Shown here in pieces: positions 35,066 to 45,166 of a DNA stretch of 64,000 nt. Every line of letters begins with the position of its first letter. Position 1 is the first letter of the stretch. The position numbers were made by a program, and so were the translations under genes. Origin of the DNA: Chitinophagaceae bacterium (lineage in GTDB: Bacteria > Bacteroidota > Bacteroidia > Chitinophagales > Chitinophagaceae). The DNA lies in the NCBI GenBank assembly GCA_031399065.1, contig JANNOM010000083.1, forward strand, positions 1 to 64,000, in the 5' to 3' direction. The notes below the pieces were generated by a model that saw only the letters and a list, made by a program, of their open reading frames with translations, had not been told where the DNA came from and made no database searches.

Positions 35066-37102
35066 TTACTTTTTCATTTCATCCAGTTTTTTCTGCATAA
35101 TGAACATTTCGTCGCGCAGGGTAGCCGCCTGCATGAAGTCAAGATCACGTGCCGCTTTTTCCATATCTTTCTTAATTTTAACGATCGCTTTTTCGAGCTG
35201 GGGGATAGTCTGGTAAACAACGTCCTGCTCCTCTGCTGCCTGCGTAACACCACCGCTCTCAATGGCATATACTGAACCCGGATCGTATCCCTTTATATTG
35301 AGTACGGAGGTTTGCTGGAATATCTGTTCTTTGGATTTTACAATAGTAGTGGGTGTAATATGGTGTTCGATATTATAGGCAACCTGTTTTTCGCGGCGCC
35401 TGCTGGTTTCATCGATGGTACGCTGCATGCTTTCCGTCATTTTATCCGCATAAAAAATCACCAGGCCGTTTACGTTCCTAGCTGCCCGGCCGGCGGTTTG
35501 TGTAAGCGACTTTTCGTTGCGGAGAAATCCTTCTTTATCGGCATCCAGAATAGCCACCAGCGATACCTCCGGAAGGTCCAACCCTTCTCTTAACAGGTTC
35601 ACGCCTACCAGCACATCAATCTCTCCCAGTCGCAACTGTCTTAGTATCTCCACCCGTTCCAGCGTATCCACTTCGCTGTGTATGTATTTTGATTTTATAT
35701 TGATGCGGTGAAGGTATTTATCCATTTCTTCCGCCATGCGTTTGGTGAGCGTTGTTACCAGCACCCTGTCGCCCTGGCTGATGCGCTTATCTATTTCGTC
35801 CAGCAGATCGTCTATCTGGTTTACGCTGGGTCGTATTTCGATGGGCGGGTCCAGCAGTCCGGTAGGCCGCACCACCTGTTCCACTACAATGCCTCCCGTT
35901 TTTTCCAATTCATAATCTCCGGGTGTGGCCGATACAAAGATGGTCTGATAGAGCATCGACTCAAACTCATGAAAATTCAACGGTCTGTTGTCCAGCGCAC
36001 TTGGCAGGCGGAATCCATAATCTACCAGTATCAGCTTCCTGCTTCTGTCGCCTCCATACATGCCGCTTACCTGTGGAATGGTCTGGTGACTTTCATCTAT
36101 AACGCATAAAAAATCATCTGGAAAATAATCGATCAAACAGAAAGGCCTGGTGCCCGGGTAACGGCGGTCGAAGAAGCGGGAGTAGTTTTCCACTCCATTG
36201 CAATAACCCAGCTCACGTATCATTTCCACATCGTAATTCACTCTTTCAGACAGGCGTTGGGCTTCTATATATTTGCCTTCCCTTTTAAAATATTCCACCT
36301 GTTCGTTACATTCATCCTGTATTTCACCGAGTACCTGTTGAATCATGTCTTTAGGTGCCAGATATAGATTGGCGGGAAAGATGGCGGCATCCTCCAGCAT
36401 GTCTATCCGCTTATTGGTAGTAACGTCCAGTCGCTCTATGGATTCTATTTCATCACCAAAAAAAGTAATACGGTATCCGAAATCCACATAGGGAAGATTG
36501 ATATCTATCGTATCTCCTTTAACCCTGAAGTTGCCCCGGTTAAAATCTATGGTAGATCGCGAGTATAAAGAGTTGACCAATGCATGTAAGAAACCCTGCC
36601 GGGAAATTTTCTGGCGCTGCTGTATACGGATAATGCCGTTTTCAAATTCCGCCGGATTACCGATGCCATATATACAGCTTACACTTGCAACGACGATGAT
36701 ATCTCTTCGTCCGCTTAACAGTTGAGTGGTAGCCTGCAATCGCAATTTATCCAACTCTTCATTAATAGAAAGATCCTTCTCTATGTACGTATCGCTTACC
36801 GGCATGTAAGCTTCCGGTTGGTAATAGTCATAGTAAGACACAAAATACCCAACGGCATTATCCGGAAAGAACTGTTTAAACTCACCGTATAGCTGAGCGA
36901 CCAACGTTTTATTATGTGTTAATACCAGTGTAGGTCGTTGTACATTCTGGATTACATTGGCGATCGTGAACGTTTTACCAGAACCGGTAACTCCTAACAA
37001 TGTCTGGTTCGGTTCTCCTTCTAACAGCCCGTTGGTCAGTTTCCTGATGGCTTCCGGCTGATCACCAGCGGGTGTATATGTAGAGTTTATTCTGAATGGC
37101 AT
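35066..37102 (-). CDS. uvrB: Excinuclease ABC subunit B
   Basis: 678 aa with Walker A (GVTGSGKT), helicase motifs and a C-terminal UvrB/UvrC interaction domain. Confidence 0.95.
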   Translation of the reverse strand: MPFRINSTYTPAGDQPEAIRKLTNGLLEGEPNQTLLGVTGSGKTFTIANVIQNVQRPTLVLTHNKTLVAQLYGEFKQFFPDNAVGYFVSYYDYYQPEAYMPVSDTYIEKDLSINEELDKLRLQATTQLLSGRRDIIVVASVSCIYGIGNPAEFENGIIRIQQRQKISRQGFLHALVNSLYSRSTIDFNRGNFRVKGDTIDINLPYVDFGYRITFFGDEIESIERLDVTTNKRIDMLEDAAIFPANLYLAPKDMIQQVLGEIQDECNEQVEYFKREGKYIEAQRLSERVNYDVEMIRELGYCNGVENYSRFFDRRYPGTRPFCLIDYFPDDFLCVIDESHQTIPQVSGMYGGDRSRKLILVDYGFRLPSALDNRPLNFHEFESMLYQTIFVSATPGDYELEKTGGIVVEQVVRPTGLLDPPIEIRPSVNQIDDLLDEIDKRISQGDRVLVTTLTKRMAEEMDKYLHRINIKSKYIHSEVDTLERVEILRQLRLGEIDVLVGVNLLREGLDLPEVSLVAILDADKEGFLRNEKSLTQTAGRAARNVNGLVIFYADKMTESMQRTIDETSRRREKQVAYNIEHHITPTTIVKSKEQIFQQTSVLNIKGYDPGSVYAIESGGVTQAAEEQDVVYQTIPQLEKAIVKIKKDMEKAARDLDFMQAATLRDEMFIMQKKLDEMKK

Positions 37103-37230
37103 ACGCGTAATTACTAAATTTCATTAAAGGTGTTAAATAAATAAACATTATTTATTGTTCAAATAAGTATTGCTTAATTAGTTTTTATACATTAATATTG
37201 CAACGGTTTTTCATAGGATATTGGATTTTA

Positions 37231-37267
37231 AAACGGGGTTGAATTTTTATTCTGACCCCTTTTTTAT
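37231..37267. terminator. Bidirectional hairpin terminator between recA and uvrB
   Basis: aaaACGGGGTtgaatttttattctgACCCCttttttatttt. Confidence 0.5.
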
Positions 37268-37414
37268 TTTATATACCTCCTGCCACCTATTCTTCACCAT
37301 ATTACGTTATTATCTCTGATAGTATTTATACATATTTTGATTATACATTAATAGTATATCTACGATATTATACGGTTATTTATGATAGTTATATACCATA
37401 AAGCTGATGATCCC

Positions 37415-37442
37415 AAAAAAGGCCTCCTTTCCAGGAGACCTT
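37415..37442 (-). terminator. recA rho-independent terminator
   Basis: Minus strand reads GGTCTCCtggaaaGGAGGCC + TTTTTT, immediately after the recA stop. Confidence 0.6.
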
Positions 37443-37490
37443 TGCGTTTTACTACTAACCCATATAGTGCGAAACAACGCCCTTTATATC

Positions 37491-38492
37491 TTAAGAAGCT
37501 GCTGCTTCTGTTATTTTAACCCTGATCTTTGTTTCCAGTTCGTTAGCAAGTTCGGGGTTATCGAGCAGCAGTTGCTTTACCGCTTCCCTTCCCTGACCGA
37601 GCTTATTGGTATCATAGCTGAACCAGCTTCCGCTTTTGGTGATCACTCCCAGTTCCACTCCCATATCGATAATTTCCCCGACTTTACTGATTCCCTCACC
37701 GAAAACGATGTCGAATTCTGCTTGGCGGAAGGGGGGCGCGACTTTATTCTTGACTACTTTCACTTTTACCCTGTTACCGACTGCCTCGTCCCCGTCTTTT
37801 ATCTGTGCCATGCGGCGGATGTCCAAACGTACGGACGCGTAAAATTTAAGTGCATTACCGCCGGTGGTGGTTTCCGGGTTTCCGAACATCACCCCTATTT
37901 TTTCCCGTAGCTGGTTGATAAATATGCAGATCGTATTGGTTTTGCTGATAGTGGCTGTAAGTTTCCTCAGGGCCTGGCTCATCAGCCTGGCGTGAAGCCC
38001 CATTTTACTGTCACCCATTTCACCTTCCAGCTCACTTTTAGGCACCAGGGCCGCTACGGAGTCGATTACCAGCACATCTATTGCTCCAGACAATATCAAC
38101 CTATCTGCTATTTCAAGCCCCTGTTCGCCGTAATCCGGCTGAGAAATCAGCAGGTTGTCCACATCCACCCCTAGCTTTTTAGCATATGCACTGTCGAATG
38201 CATGTTCTGCATCTACAATGGCACACATGCCTCCTTTTTTCGGAGCTTCGGCTATTACGTGTATGGCTATGGTGGTTTTACCAGATGACTCCGGTCCGTA
38301 TATTTCCACGATCCGGCCTTTGGGAAGGCCCCCGATGCCCAACGCTACGTCCAGGCCGATAGACCCCGTAGAAATAACTTCCTGAGGCTCCTGGGAGCGT
38401 TCATTCATCATCATAACACTTCCCTTCCCGTAATCCTTATCTATCTTGTCGATGGTTAATTTAAGTGCTTTGAGTTTTTCTACGTTTGACAT
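37491..38492 (-). CDS. recA: Recombinase RecA
   Basis: 333 aa with Walker A (GPESSGKTT) and L1/L2 loops. Confidence 0.97.
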   Translation of the reverse strand: MSNVEKLKALKLTIDKIDKDYGKGSVMMMNERSQEPQEVISTGSIGLDVALGIGGLPKGRIVEIYGPESSGKTTIAIHVIAEAPKKGGMCAIVDAEHAFDSAYAKKLGVDVDNLLISQPDYGEQGLEIADRLILSGAIDVLVIDSVAALVPKSELEGEMGDSKMGLHARLMSQALRKLTATISKTNTICIFINQLREKIGVMFGNPETTTGGNALKFYASVRLDIRRMAQIKDGDEAVGNRVKVKVVKNKVAPPFRQAEFDIVFGEGISKVGEIIDMGVELGVITKSGSWFSYDTNKLGQGREAVKQLLLDNPELANELETKIRVKITEAAAS

Positions 38493-38810
38493 TTCTTTTT
38501 ATTTATGATGCTTATTTAATTCCAAATGTATCAATTAGACAAAGTTATAATAAATAATTTATGCACACTAATTATTTTAGCAATAGATCGCTAATTTATT
38601 TGGTTTCAGGTGTTGTTATTTATGTTCCTGATAACAATGCAAACATAGTAGTATAAATGCTGGCAAAAAGGGTGATTTCACCCTTTTTTGAGGAATGAAA
38701 TCACCATTACACGTTATTAGAAATTTTACCCGCAAGCAAAAACCTGATGGCAGGAAAGTTGAATACGTGTGTGGATACAACAAGAAATCAATCATTCAAA
38801 ACATTCTATT

Positions 38811-39026
38811 ATGAAACAGTTATTATTAAGCTCATTGGTAATCGCGGCTATGTACGCATGTAATAATCCTAATTCTTCCACGGACGCGGGTGCGGATAGC
38901 ACATCGTCCATGGAAACAACTCCTCCTTCCAACAGGCCGGGCACAATGGAGTCAGACAGTAGCACCATGTTACCGTCCGACACTTCTTCCACTACAGATA
39001 CGAGTTCGATGATGAACCGCCCTTAA
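38811..39026 (+). CDS. Small Ser/Thr-rich lipoprotein (hypothetical)
   Basis: MKQLLLSSLVIAAMYACNN... contains a lipobox, and the rest is low complexity S/T/D/M-rich. Confidence 0.4.
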   Translation: MKQLLLSSLVIAAMYACNNPNSSTDAGADSTSSMETTPPSNRPGTMESDSSTMLPSDTSSTTDTSSMMNRP

Positions 39027-39113
39027 AGTAGTGTTGGCAAACAAGGTAATCGTACTGGCAATATGAGTCAATAGGAGTATATTTGTTACCCTATTAACAC
39101 ATAAATGTAAAAT

Positions 39114-39980
39114 ATGAAACAACATTTTCTTTGGCTGGGCATATTGTCAGTATCTCTTTTTTCCTGCGTAAGCAGCAAAAAGTTTAAAGCGGAACAGGAA
39201 AGGTACGCAGCACTAAACACTACCTACCTTCAATTACAGGAAAGCCTTAAAAGTTGCCAGGACTCTTCCGTTGAAAACGCCCGTAAAAAAGCAGGTTTGA
39301 TGGCCGATATCGATAACCTCAACAAGCAAATGGAGTTTATGCGGCAGAACAACACGCAGGCTCTTAAGCAACTGGAGGATTTATCTGTTATATCCAGCAC
39401 ACAGGCTGAAAGCATCAAGAAGTCGATGGAAAATATAGGAGCCAAAGACAATTACATCCAAACACTTCAACAGCAAATGGCTCAAAAGGATTCACTGAAC
39501 ATGGCATTAGTGATGAATCTTAAAGGTGCTATCGGCAACCTGGACGATAAAGACATCAATATTAAAGTAGATAAAGGCGTAGTTTATATCGACATTTCTG
39601 ATAAACTGCTTTTCACCACCGGCAAATATGAAGTAACGGAACAGGCAAATACAGTACTGGGGAAAGTAGCGGCCGTACTCAAGAACCAGCCGGATATAGA
39701 ATTTATGGTAGAAGGGCATACAGATAATGTAGCCTATAAGGGAGGCGGAGTTTTGGTGGATAACTGGGACCTGAGTGTGAAGCGCGCTACTTCCATAGTA
39801 AGGATATTGCAGAATAAATATGGCCTCGACCCGGCTAAAATGTCGGCGGCAGGACGCAGCGAATTCAAGCCTGTTGAAGATAATAGCACCAAGGAAGGCA
39901 AAGCTGCCAATAGAAGAACAAGGATAGTTATTTTACCGCAGCTTGATCAATTCTTTAAATTGCTGGAAACGAAGAAATAA
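39114..39980 (+). CDS. OmpA/MotB-domain lipoprotein with N-terminal coiled coil
   Basis: It has a lipobox (LFSCVSS) and a C-terminal OmpA-like domain (VEGHTDNV...NRRTRIVILP). Confidence 0.8.
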   Translation: MKQHFLWLGILSVSLFSCVSSKKFKAEQERYAALNTTYLQLQESLKSCQDSSVENARKKAGLMADIDNLNKQMEFMRQNNTQALKQLEDLSVISSTQAESIKKSMENIGAKDNYIQTLQQQMAQKDSLNMALVMNLKGAIGNLDDKDINIKVDKGVVYIDISDKLLFTTGKYEVTEQANTVLGKVAAVLKNQPDIEFMVEGHTDNVAYKGGGVLVDNWDLSVKRATSIVRILQNKYGLDPAKMSAAGRSEFKPVEDNSTKEGKAANRRTRIVILPQLDQFFKLLETKK

Positions 39981-39994
39981 ATGAATTTATTTGC

Positions 39995-40029
39995 AAGGAA
40001 GCCATTCACAAATTGTGAATGGCTTCCTT
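39995..40029. terminator. Perfect palindromic bidirectional terminator
   Basis: AAGGAAGCCATTCACAAATTGTGAATGGCTTCCTT lies between convergent OmpA-like and MarR genes. Confidence 0.75.
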
Positions 40030-40048
40030 ATGTCAGAGCCTTTTAATG

Positions 40049-40498
40049 TCAATATTTTCGGATCTTATCCAGCAGCTGATTCAATATTTTTGCTTCCTCT
40101 TCGGTAATGTTCTGCATAATATGATCCATAGCCTCCTGGTGTTTATCCATCTCTTCCAGCAGCCTCTGACCTTTATCGGTGATTACCACATCTACCAGTC
40201 GTTTATCCTGGTCGCAGGGTGTTTTTTTAACGAGGTCTTTTAGTATAAGCCGGTCTACTATCCTGCTGGTATCACTCATTTTGTCCAGCATCCGCTGCCT
40301 TATCTGGAGGGTAGACAATGGCTTTCCCGCTCCCCGGAGAATACGTAATATATTAAACTGCTGGCTGGTGATATCGAGCGGGTCAAACAGTTTTTTCATC
40401 TGTTCGTTCAGCCAGTTGCAGGTGTAAATAAGATTGATGGATGATTTCTGGTATTCGTTGCGGAACCTGGTCTGGCTAATGTCTTTTTCTATACTCAT
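40049..40498 (-). CDS. MarR family transcriptional regulator
   Basis: It has a winged HTH (ITSQQFNILRILRGAGKPLSTLQIRQRMLDKMSDTSRIVDRLILKDLV). Confidence 0.8.
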   Translation of the reverse strand: MSIEKDISQTRFRNEYQKSSINLIYTCNWLNEQMKKLFDPLDITSQQFNILRILRGAGKPLSTLQIRQRMLDKMSDTSRIVDRLILKDLVKKTPCDQDKRLVDVVITDKGQRLLEEMDKHQEAMDHIMQNITEEEAKILNQLLDKIRKY

Positions 40499-40538
40499 GG
40501 AGCGGAAACGTTTTGGTTAAAGTAGTAAAATGCCACAA

Positions 40539-41570
40539 CTATTCACTCCATACTTTGGTGCCTTCGCTACAGTTGGCACAAATATCTATATTTTTTCTGC
40601 TTTTAAGCATTTGTTTACGGAAATTGATATAATCGTTATTATGCCATATTTCTTTAAATGGCATCCCTTTCAGATCACCTAGTTTATGCTGAGCATCTTT
40701 ATCGAAGCAGCAAGGTACCACCAACCCATCCCAGGTAATAACAGTGGCATGCCACAATCTCCAGCAATGATTTTGTAACCCGTTTTTAAAATAGTTTTCG
40801 CCGTTCTTATTTTTTTGATAGCGGCTGTATTTGCTGATAGTTGGTACCAACTGATTGGGGTCGTTTTCATAATCATAAATCTGCGCTGTTTTAAGCCACA
40901 CATCATCAACCCCCGTTTCCCGGGCAAGACGTTTTACATCTTCCACCTGGTGTTCGTTTGGCCTAACCACTAAAAACTGGAAAACGACGAAAGGCGTTTT
41001 GCTATTCAGCTCTTTTTTCCATTTCACAATATTACGGGCACCTTCCAGCACCTTGTTAAGCTGCCCGCCTATTCTGTATTGCTGGTAAACATCCTGGGTG
41101 GTGCCGTCTATGGAAATAATAAGCCTGTCGAGGCCACTTTCCACCGTGAGGCGGGCATTGGTGTCGTTGAGGTAATGGGCATTGGTGGAAGTGGCCGTAT
41201 ATATGCCTTTAGCGGAAGCATAGGTAACCATTTCAAGGAAACCAGGATTAAGATAGGGCTCTCCCTGGAAGTAAAAAACGAGGTATAGTAAATCTCTATG
41301 TAACTGGTCTATGGTATCCCTGAAAAAATCTTTCTGCAACATGCCCGTAGGGCGTGTAAAAGCGCGAAGGCCGCTGGGGCATTCAGGGCAGCGCAGGTTG
41401 CAGGAAGTAGTAGGTTCAAAAGAAATGGAAATAGGAAATCCCCATTGTACCGGTTTGCGCGTCCACTTACTGATATAAAAACTTAGTAACACCCTGCCCG
41501 CATTCTGCATTCTGCGGAAGGTAAGTTTAGACAGTAAGTTAATAGTATCGTTATGATGAAACCTGGCCAT
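40539..41570 (-). CDS. Radical SAM protein with C-terminal Cys-rich SPASM/twitch-like region
   Basis: It carries CNLRCPEC (CX3CX2C) and C-terminal CCFDKD...CANCSEG cysteines. Confidence 0.75.
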   Translation of the reverse strand: MARFHHNDTINLLSKLTFRRMQNAGRVLLSFYISKWTRKPVQWGFPISISFEPTTSCNLRCPECPSGLRAFTRPTGMLQKDFFRDTIDQLHRDLLYLVFYFQGEPYLNPGFLEMVTYASAKGIYTATSTNAHYLNDTNARLTVESGLDRLIISIDGTTQDVYQQYRIGGQLNKVLEGARNIVKWKKELNSKTPFVVFQFLVVRPNEHQVEDVKRLARETGVDDVWLKTAQIYDYENDPNQLVPTISKYSRYQKNKNGENYFKNGLQNHCWRLWHATVITWDGLVVPCCFDKDAQHKLGDLKGMPFKEIWHNNDYINFRKQMLKSRKNIDICANCSEGTKVWSE

Positions 41571-41612
41571 AGTTAAGGTAAAATTAAGCTAAACCACAGT
41601 TATATTTGCAGA

Positions 41613-42368
41613 ATGGTGCAACGGAAAAGAAAATCACGGTTTATCGTTTTTGTACTACTCCCTGCATTTATAGTTGCCGCCGGCTGGTGGGTATGGGTAA
41701 GAGAAAGACCTCAATTTGTACATTATCCTGAATTCGGAATCGAACTCCCTTCAAACTATAGCATCCATGGTATTGATGTAAGCAAGTACCAGCAGTTTAT
41801 CGACTGGGAATCTGTAAAAGAAATGGAAGTGGGCGGGGTGCATATCAGTTTTGCCTTTATAAAAGCGACGGAAGGGCTGGGAAATGTAGACAGGCATTTT
41901 AAACGGAACTGGAGAAAGGCGAAAGATGCAGGGTTACCGCGGGGGGCTTATCATTTTCTCCTGGCTACCAAAAGCGGTAAAATGCAGGCGGAGAATTTTA
42001 TCTCGCGCGTAGAGCTGGAGCCGGGTGATCTTCCACCGGTAATAGACGTAGAGCAGGCGTATGGTGTGGCACCGCAAAAATTAATAAAGCAGGTAAAAGA
42101 ATTTGCAGATGCGCTGGAATACTATTACGATGTGAAGCCCATCATTTATACGAACGTAAGCTTTTACAACCGCTATCTGAAGGAGGATTTTAAAGAATAT
42201 CCCCTATGGGTGGCCCACTATCTTCAGAAGGAACGACCCCGCATAAAAAGAGATTGGCTGTTCTGGCAGCATAGCGAAACGGGAAGGGTAAATGGCATCT
42301 TAAGCCAGGTTGACTTTAACGTGTTTAACGGTGATTCTGCCGAATTCCGGAGCCTGCTGATGAATTAA
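41613..42368 (+). CDS. Glycoside hydrolase family 25 (lysozyme/muramidase) with N-terminal signal anchor
   Basis: It has GH25 motifs (GIDVSKYQ, FAFIKATEG, GAYHF) and an N-terminal TM helix. Confidence 0.8.
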   Translation: MVQRKRKSRFIVFVLLPAFIVAAGWWVWVRERPQFVHYPEFGIELPSNYSIHGIDVSKYQQFIDWESVKEMEVGGVHISFAFIKATEGLGNVDRHFKRNWRKAKDAGLPRGAYHFLLATKSGKMQAENFISRVELEPGDLPPVIDVEQAYGVAPQKLIKQVKEFADALEYYYDVKPIIYTNVSFYNRYLKEDFKEYPLWVAHYLQKERPRIKRDWLFWQHSETGRVNGILSQVDFNVFNGDSAEFRSLLMN

Positions 42369-42369
42369 G

Positions 42370-42792
42370 CTAACTACTATGATCAGATACGATAAGCCAT
42401 TTTCCATTTATTTTCCGGAAAAGCAACGTATAGTGACCGCCTATATCTCCTGCATCCCTTTTCAGGAACCATTTGCCTAATACGAAGTAATGATCCGCAG
42501 AAAGTCTTTTTATCTGTAGAATGTCGAAAAACAGGCTTCCCATTTTATCTTTACCAGGATACCCTTTTTTATAATTTTCCAGCGTGTTGGTATATCCGTA
42601 AGTAACCCCGCTTTGTCCTACAAACATCAGTGAATCGTTGTTCCAGTAGCCCACCATAAATGCTTCCAGGTCGCCTTTGTTCCAGGCTTCGGATTGACTG
42701 GCAAGGGTACGGCGGATTTCCTCCTGGTCTTTGTCCTGAGCGTTCAGCAGGCCGCATATCATGAAGCAAAAACAGGTGAGCAGTAGTTTCAT
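42370..42792 (-). CDS. SnoaL-like/DUF4440 (NTF2-fold) secreted protein
   Basis: It has a signal peptide (MKLLLTCFCFMICGLLNAQ) and an NTF2-like length and pattern. The longer upstream ATG is probably not used. Confidence 0.55.
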   Translation of the reverse strand: MKLLLTCFCFMICGLLNAQDKDQEEIRRTLASQSEAWNKGDLEAFMVGYWNNDSLMFVGQSGVTYGYTNTLENYKKGYPGKDKMGSLFFDILQIKRLSADHYFVLGKWFLKRDAGDIGGHYTLLFRKINGKWLIVSDHSS

Positions 42793-42802
42793 AAAAATAT
42801 TT

Positions 42803-45166
42803 TTATTGAATGATCCGCAATTTGGCGTAATTAAGCATGATCTTCTTTTCACCATTATGCTCAAACTTTACGGTGGCTACCGGATTGTGGGCAGAGCCTT
42901 CCATTTTTATTACTTCACCGAAGCCGAACTTCGCATGTTCTACCCGCTGGCCTTCCTGCAGACCGGTTGTATCGCTGGCGGCAAAATCGACGCTGGGTAT
43001 ATGATCCACTGTTTTCACTACGCTCGATTTGGGAGGCAGGTACGCTGGTTTGCTTTCCTTTTTTGCGGAAGGTGACCCATATTGACGTTCTGCGCGGGAC
43101 GCAGAATTGCCTTGCGGCGAGCCAAAACCCCGGTTCATACGGTCAAACGCGCTTGAAGATCCCCACCCGCTGCCCTGGTTAAGCGCACCGCCGCCGGAGA
43201 AAGAACGGTCAAGATACTGGGAGGGTATTTCATCGATAAACCTGCTGGGTTCGTTCTGAACGAGGTTGCCGAAACGATAGCGGTTATTGGCGTGCGTTAT
43301 ATACAGTTTTTGTTTGGCCCGGGTAATCACTACGTAAAAAAGGCGGCGTTCTTCTTCCAGTTCTTCCCGGGTATTGATGCTCATGGCACTGGGAAAAAGG
43401 GTTTCTTCCAGTCCGGCGGCAAATACCACCGGGAACTCCAGTCCTTTGGCGGCATGTATGGTCATTAATTTTACCATATCTGCATTTTCATCCTTACTGT
43501 CGGCGTCCGTTATCAGACTTATCTGCTGCAGGTAGGTGGACAGGCTTTTATCGCCCACTTCCCCGTCTTCTTCATTCATGGGGGTTTCAGTAAATTCCTT
43601 TATGCTGTTCAGCAACTCCTGTACGTTCTCGTACTTTGCCAGTCCTTCCACGGTTTTATCATTAAACAGCTCTTTAACGAGGTTTGTGCTCTTGCCCACT
43701 GCAAAAGCTATTTCATAGGCATTGCGCCTCGGCAGCTCCGAACGGAACATTTTTATCAGTAGTACAAATTCCTCGATAGCCTGCAGGGTGCCTGCTTTAA
43801 AGCCGGCTTTTGCGGCATTTTCCAATACCTGCCATAAGGTGATATTATTTTCATTGGCAAACAGCACGGCTTTGTCCAGGGAGGTTTTGCCAATGCCCCG
43901 GGCCGGGTAGTTTACGATCCGTTTCAATGCTTCTTCGTCCTGCGGGTTCGCTATTACGCGCAGGTAGGCCACCATATCTTTTACTTCTTTACGCGAATAG
44001 AAGCTAATACCGCCATAAATAATGTAGTTGATACCCATGCGCCGCAGGCTTTCTTCAAAGGCACGGCTTTGTGCGTTGGTGCGGTAAAGTATAGCAAAGT
44101 CCCTGTTATTGTAATGATTGCGCAGCTTCAGTTCCTTAATGGTATCGGCCACATACTTGCCCTCGTCGTTATCGCTATTGGCGCGCACCAGCTTTATCTT
44201 CTCGCCTTCGGCATTGTCTGTCCAGAGATTTTTGGGTATTTGTCCCTTGTTTACCTTGATCACTTCATTGGCTGCGTGAATGATACTTTGTGTACTGCGG
44301 TAATTCTGTTCCAGTTTTACGACGTTTACATCATCATAGTCTTTCTGGAACTGTAAAATATTCTGGATAGTAGCCCCGCGAAAGCTGTATATGCTTTGCG
44401 CATCGTCGCCCACTATGCAGATGTTTTCATGCTGGGCTCCCAGTAGTTTGATAATTTCATACTGGGCGGGGTTGGTATCCTGGTACTCGTCGATCAGTAT
44501 GTACCTGAATTTGCGCTGGTATTTGCTTAATGCCTCCGGAACGTTTTTCAGCAGCTTGTACATGTTCAGCAGCAGGTCATCAAAATCCATAGCCCCGTTC
44601 TTAAAACATCTTTTTGCGTAAGCATCGTAAATCTGTCCGATGGCCGGTCTGTTCGCCCGCATATCTTCCTGCTGTATGCCATAATCCATTATATACTCTT
44701 CCGGGCCCACCAGGGCGTTTTTGGCAGCAGAAATGCGGCCCAGCACTACATTGGGTTTGTAATGCTTATCGTCCAGGTTCATTTCATTGATAACGGTTTT
44801 CAATACGCTTTTGGAATCGTCGGTATCATAAATCGTAAAACTGTTAGGGTAATTGAGGTGGTGCGCTTCTGCCCTGAGTATACGTGCGAAAACGCTGTGA
44901 AAAGTGCCGATATAAAGGTTCCTGGCTTCGGTATTGCCCAGGGTTTTTTCTACCCGATCCCTCATTTCCTTCGCCGCTTTATTGGTAAAAGTAAGCGCCA
45001 GTATGTTGAAGCTGTCTACTTTATGGTGATCCATCAGGTGGGCGATACGGGTGGTAAGCACCTTGGTTTTGCCGCTTCCCGCACCCGCCACAATCATCAG
45101 CGGGCCGTCCTTATGCAGCACCGCTTCCCGCTGCGGTTCATTTAATCCTTCTAAATAATGTAACAT
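42803..45166 (-). CDS. uvrD: UvrD/PcrA/Rep-family ATP-dependent DNA helicase
   Basis: 787 aa with Walker A (AGAGSGKT) and UvrD helicase motifs. The C-terminal tail is Gly/Ser-rich. Confidence 0.9.
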   Translation of the reverse strand: MLHYLEGLNEPQREAVLHKDGPLMIVAGAGSGKTKVLTTRIAHLMDHHKVDSFNILALTFTNKAAKEMRDRVEKTLGNTEARNLYIGTFHSVFARILRAEAHHLNYPNSFTIYDTDDSKSVLKTVINEMNLDDKHYKPNVVLGRISAAKNALVGPEEYIMDYGIQQEDMRANRPAIGQIYDAYAKRCFKNGAMDFDDLLLNMYKLLKNVPEALSKYQRKFRYILIDEYQDTNPAQYEIIKLLGAQHENICIVGDDAQSIYSFRGATIQNILQFQKDYDDVNVVKLEQNYRSTQSIIHAANEVIKVNKGQIPKNLWTDNAEGEKIKLVRANSDNDEGKYVADTIKELKLRNHYNNRDFAILYRTNAQSRAFEESLRRMGINYIIYGGISFYSRKEVKDMVAYLRVIANPQDEEALKRIVNYPARGIGKTSLDKAVLFANENNITLWQVLENAAKAGFKAGTLQAIEEFVLLIKMFRSELPRRNAYEIAFAVGKSTNLVKELFNDKTVEGLAKYENVQELLNSIKEFTETPMNEEDGEVGDKSLSTYLQQISLITDADSKDENADMVKLMTIHAAKGLEFPVVFAAGLEETLFPSAMSINTREELEEERRLFYVVITRAKQKLYITHANNRYRFGNLVQNEPSRFIDEIPSQYLDRSFSGGGALNQGSGWGSSSAFDRMNRGFGSPQGNSASRAERQYGSPSAKKESKPAYLPPKSSVVKTVDHIPSVDFAASDTTGLQEGQRVEHAKFGFGEVIKMEGSAHNPVATVKFEHNGEKKIMLNYAKLRIIQ

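Noticed and set aside
34240-35100. 286-aa plus-strand ORF antisense to polA. Similar long antisense ORFs occur at 22493-23155 (antisense to DUF5606), 45533-46036 (antisense to rpoN), 9305-9835 (across YkuK and the tRNAs), 21097-21648 (antisense to the M3 peptidase) and 13251-13607 (antisense to recQ).
   Set aside because: Each lies entirely within a strongly supported gene on the other strand. They have low-complexity, Cys/Phe-rich or stop-free-by-chance composition and no recognisable domains. They are classic shadow ORFs.
36498-36725. Short plus-strand ORFs within uvrB, recA and other housekeeping genes.
   Set aside because: They are shadow ORFs under 135 aa with no features, inside well-supported genes.
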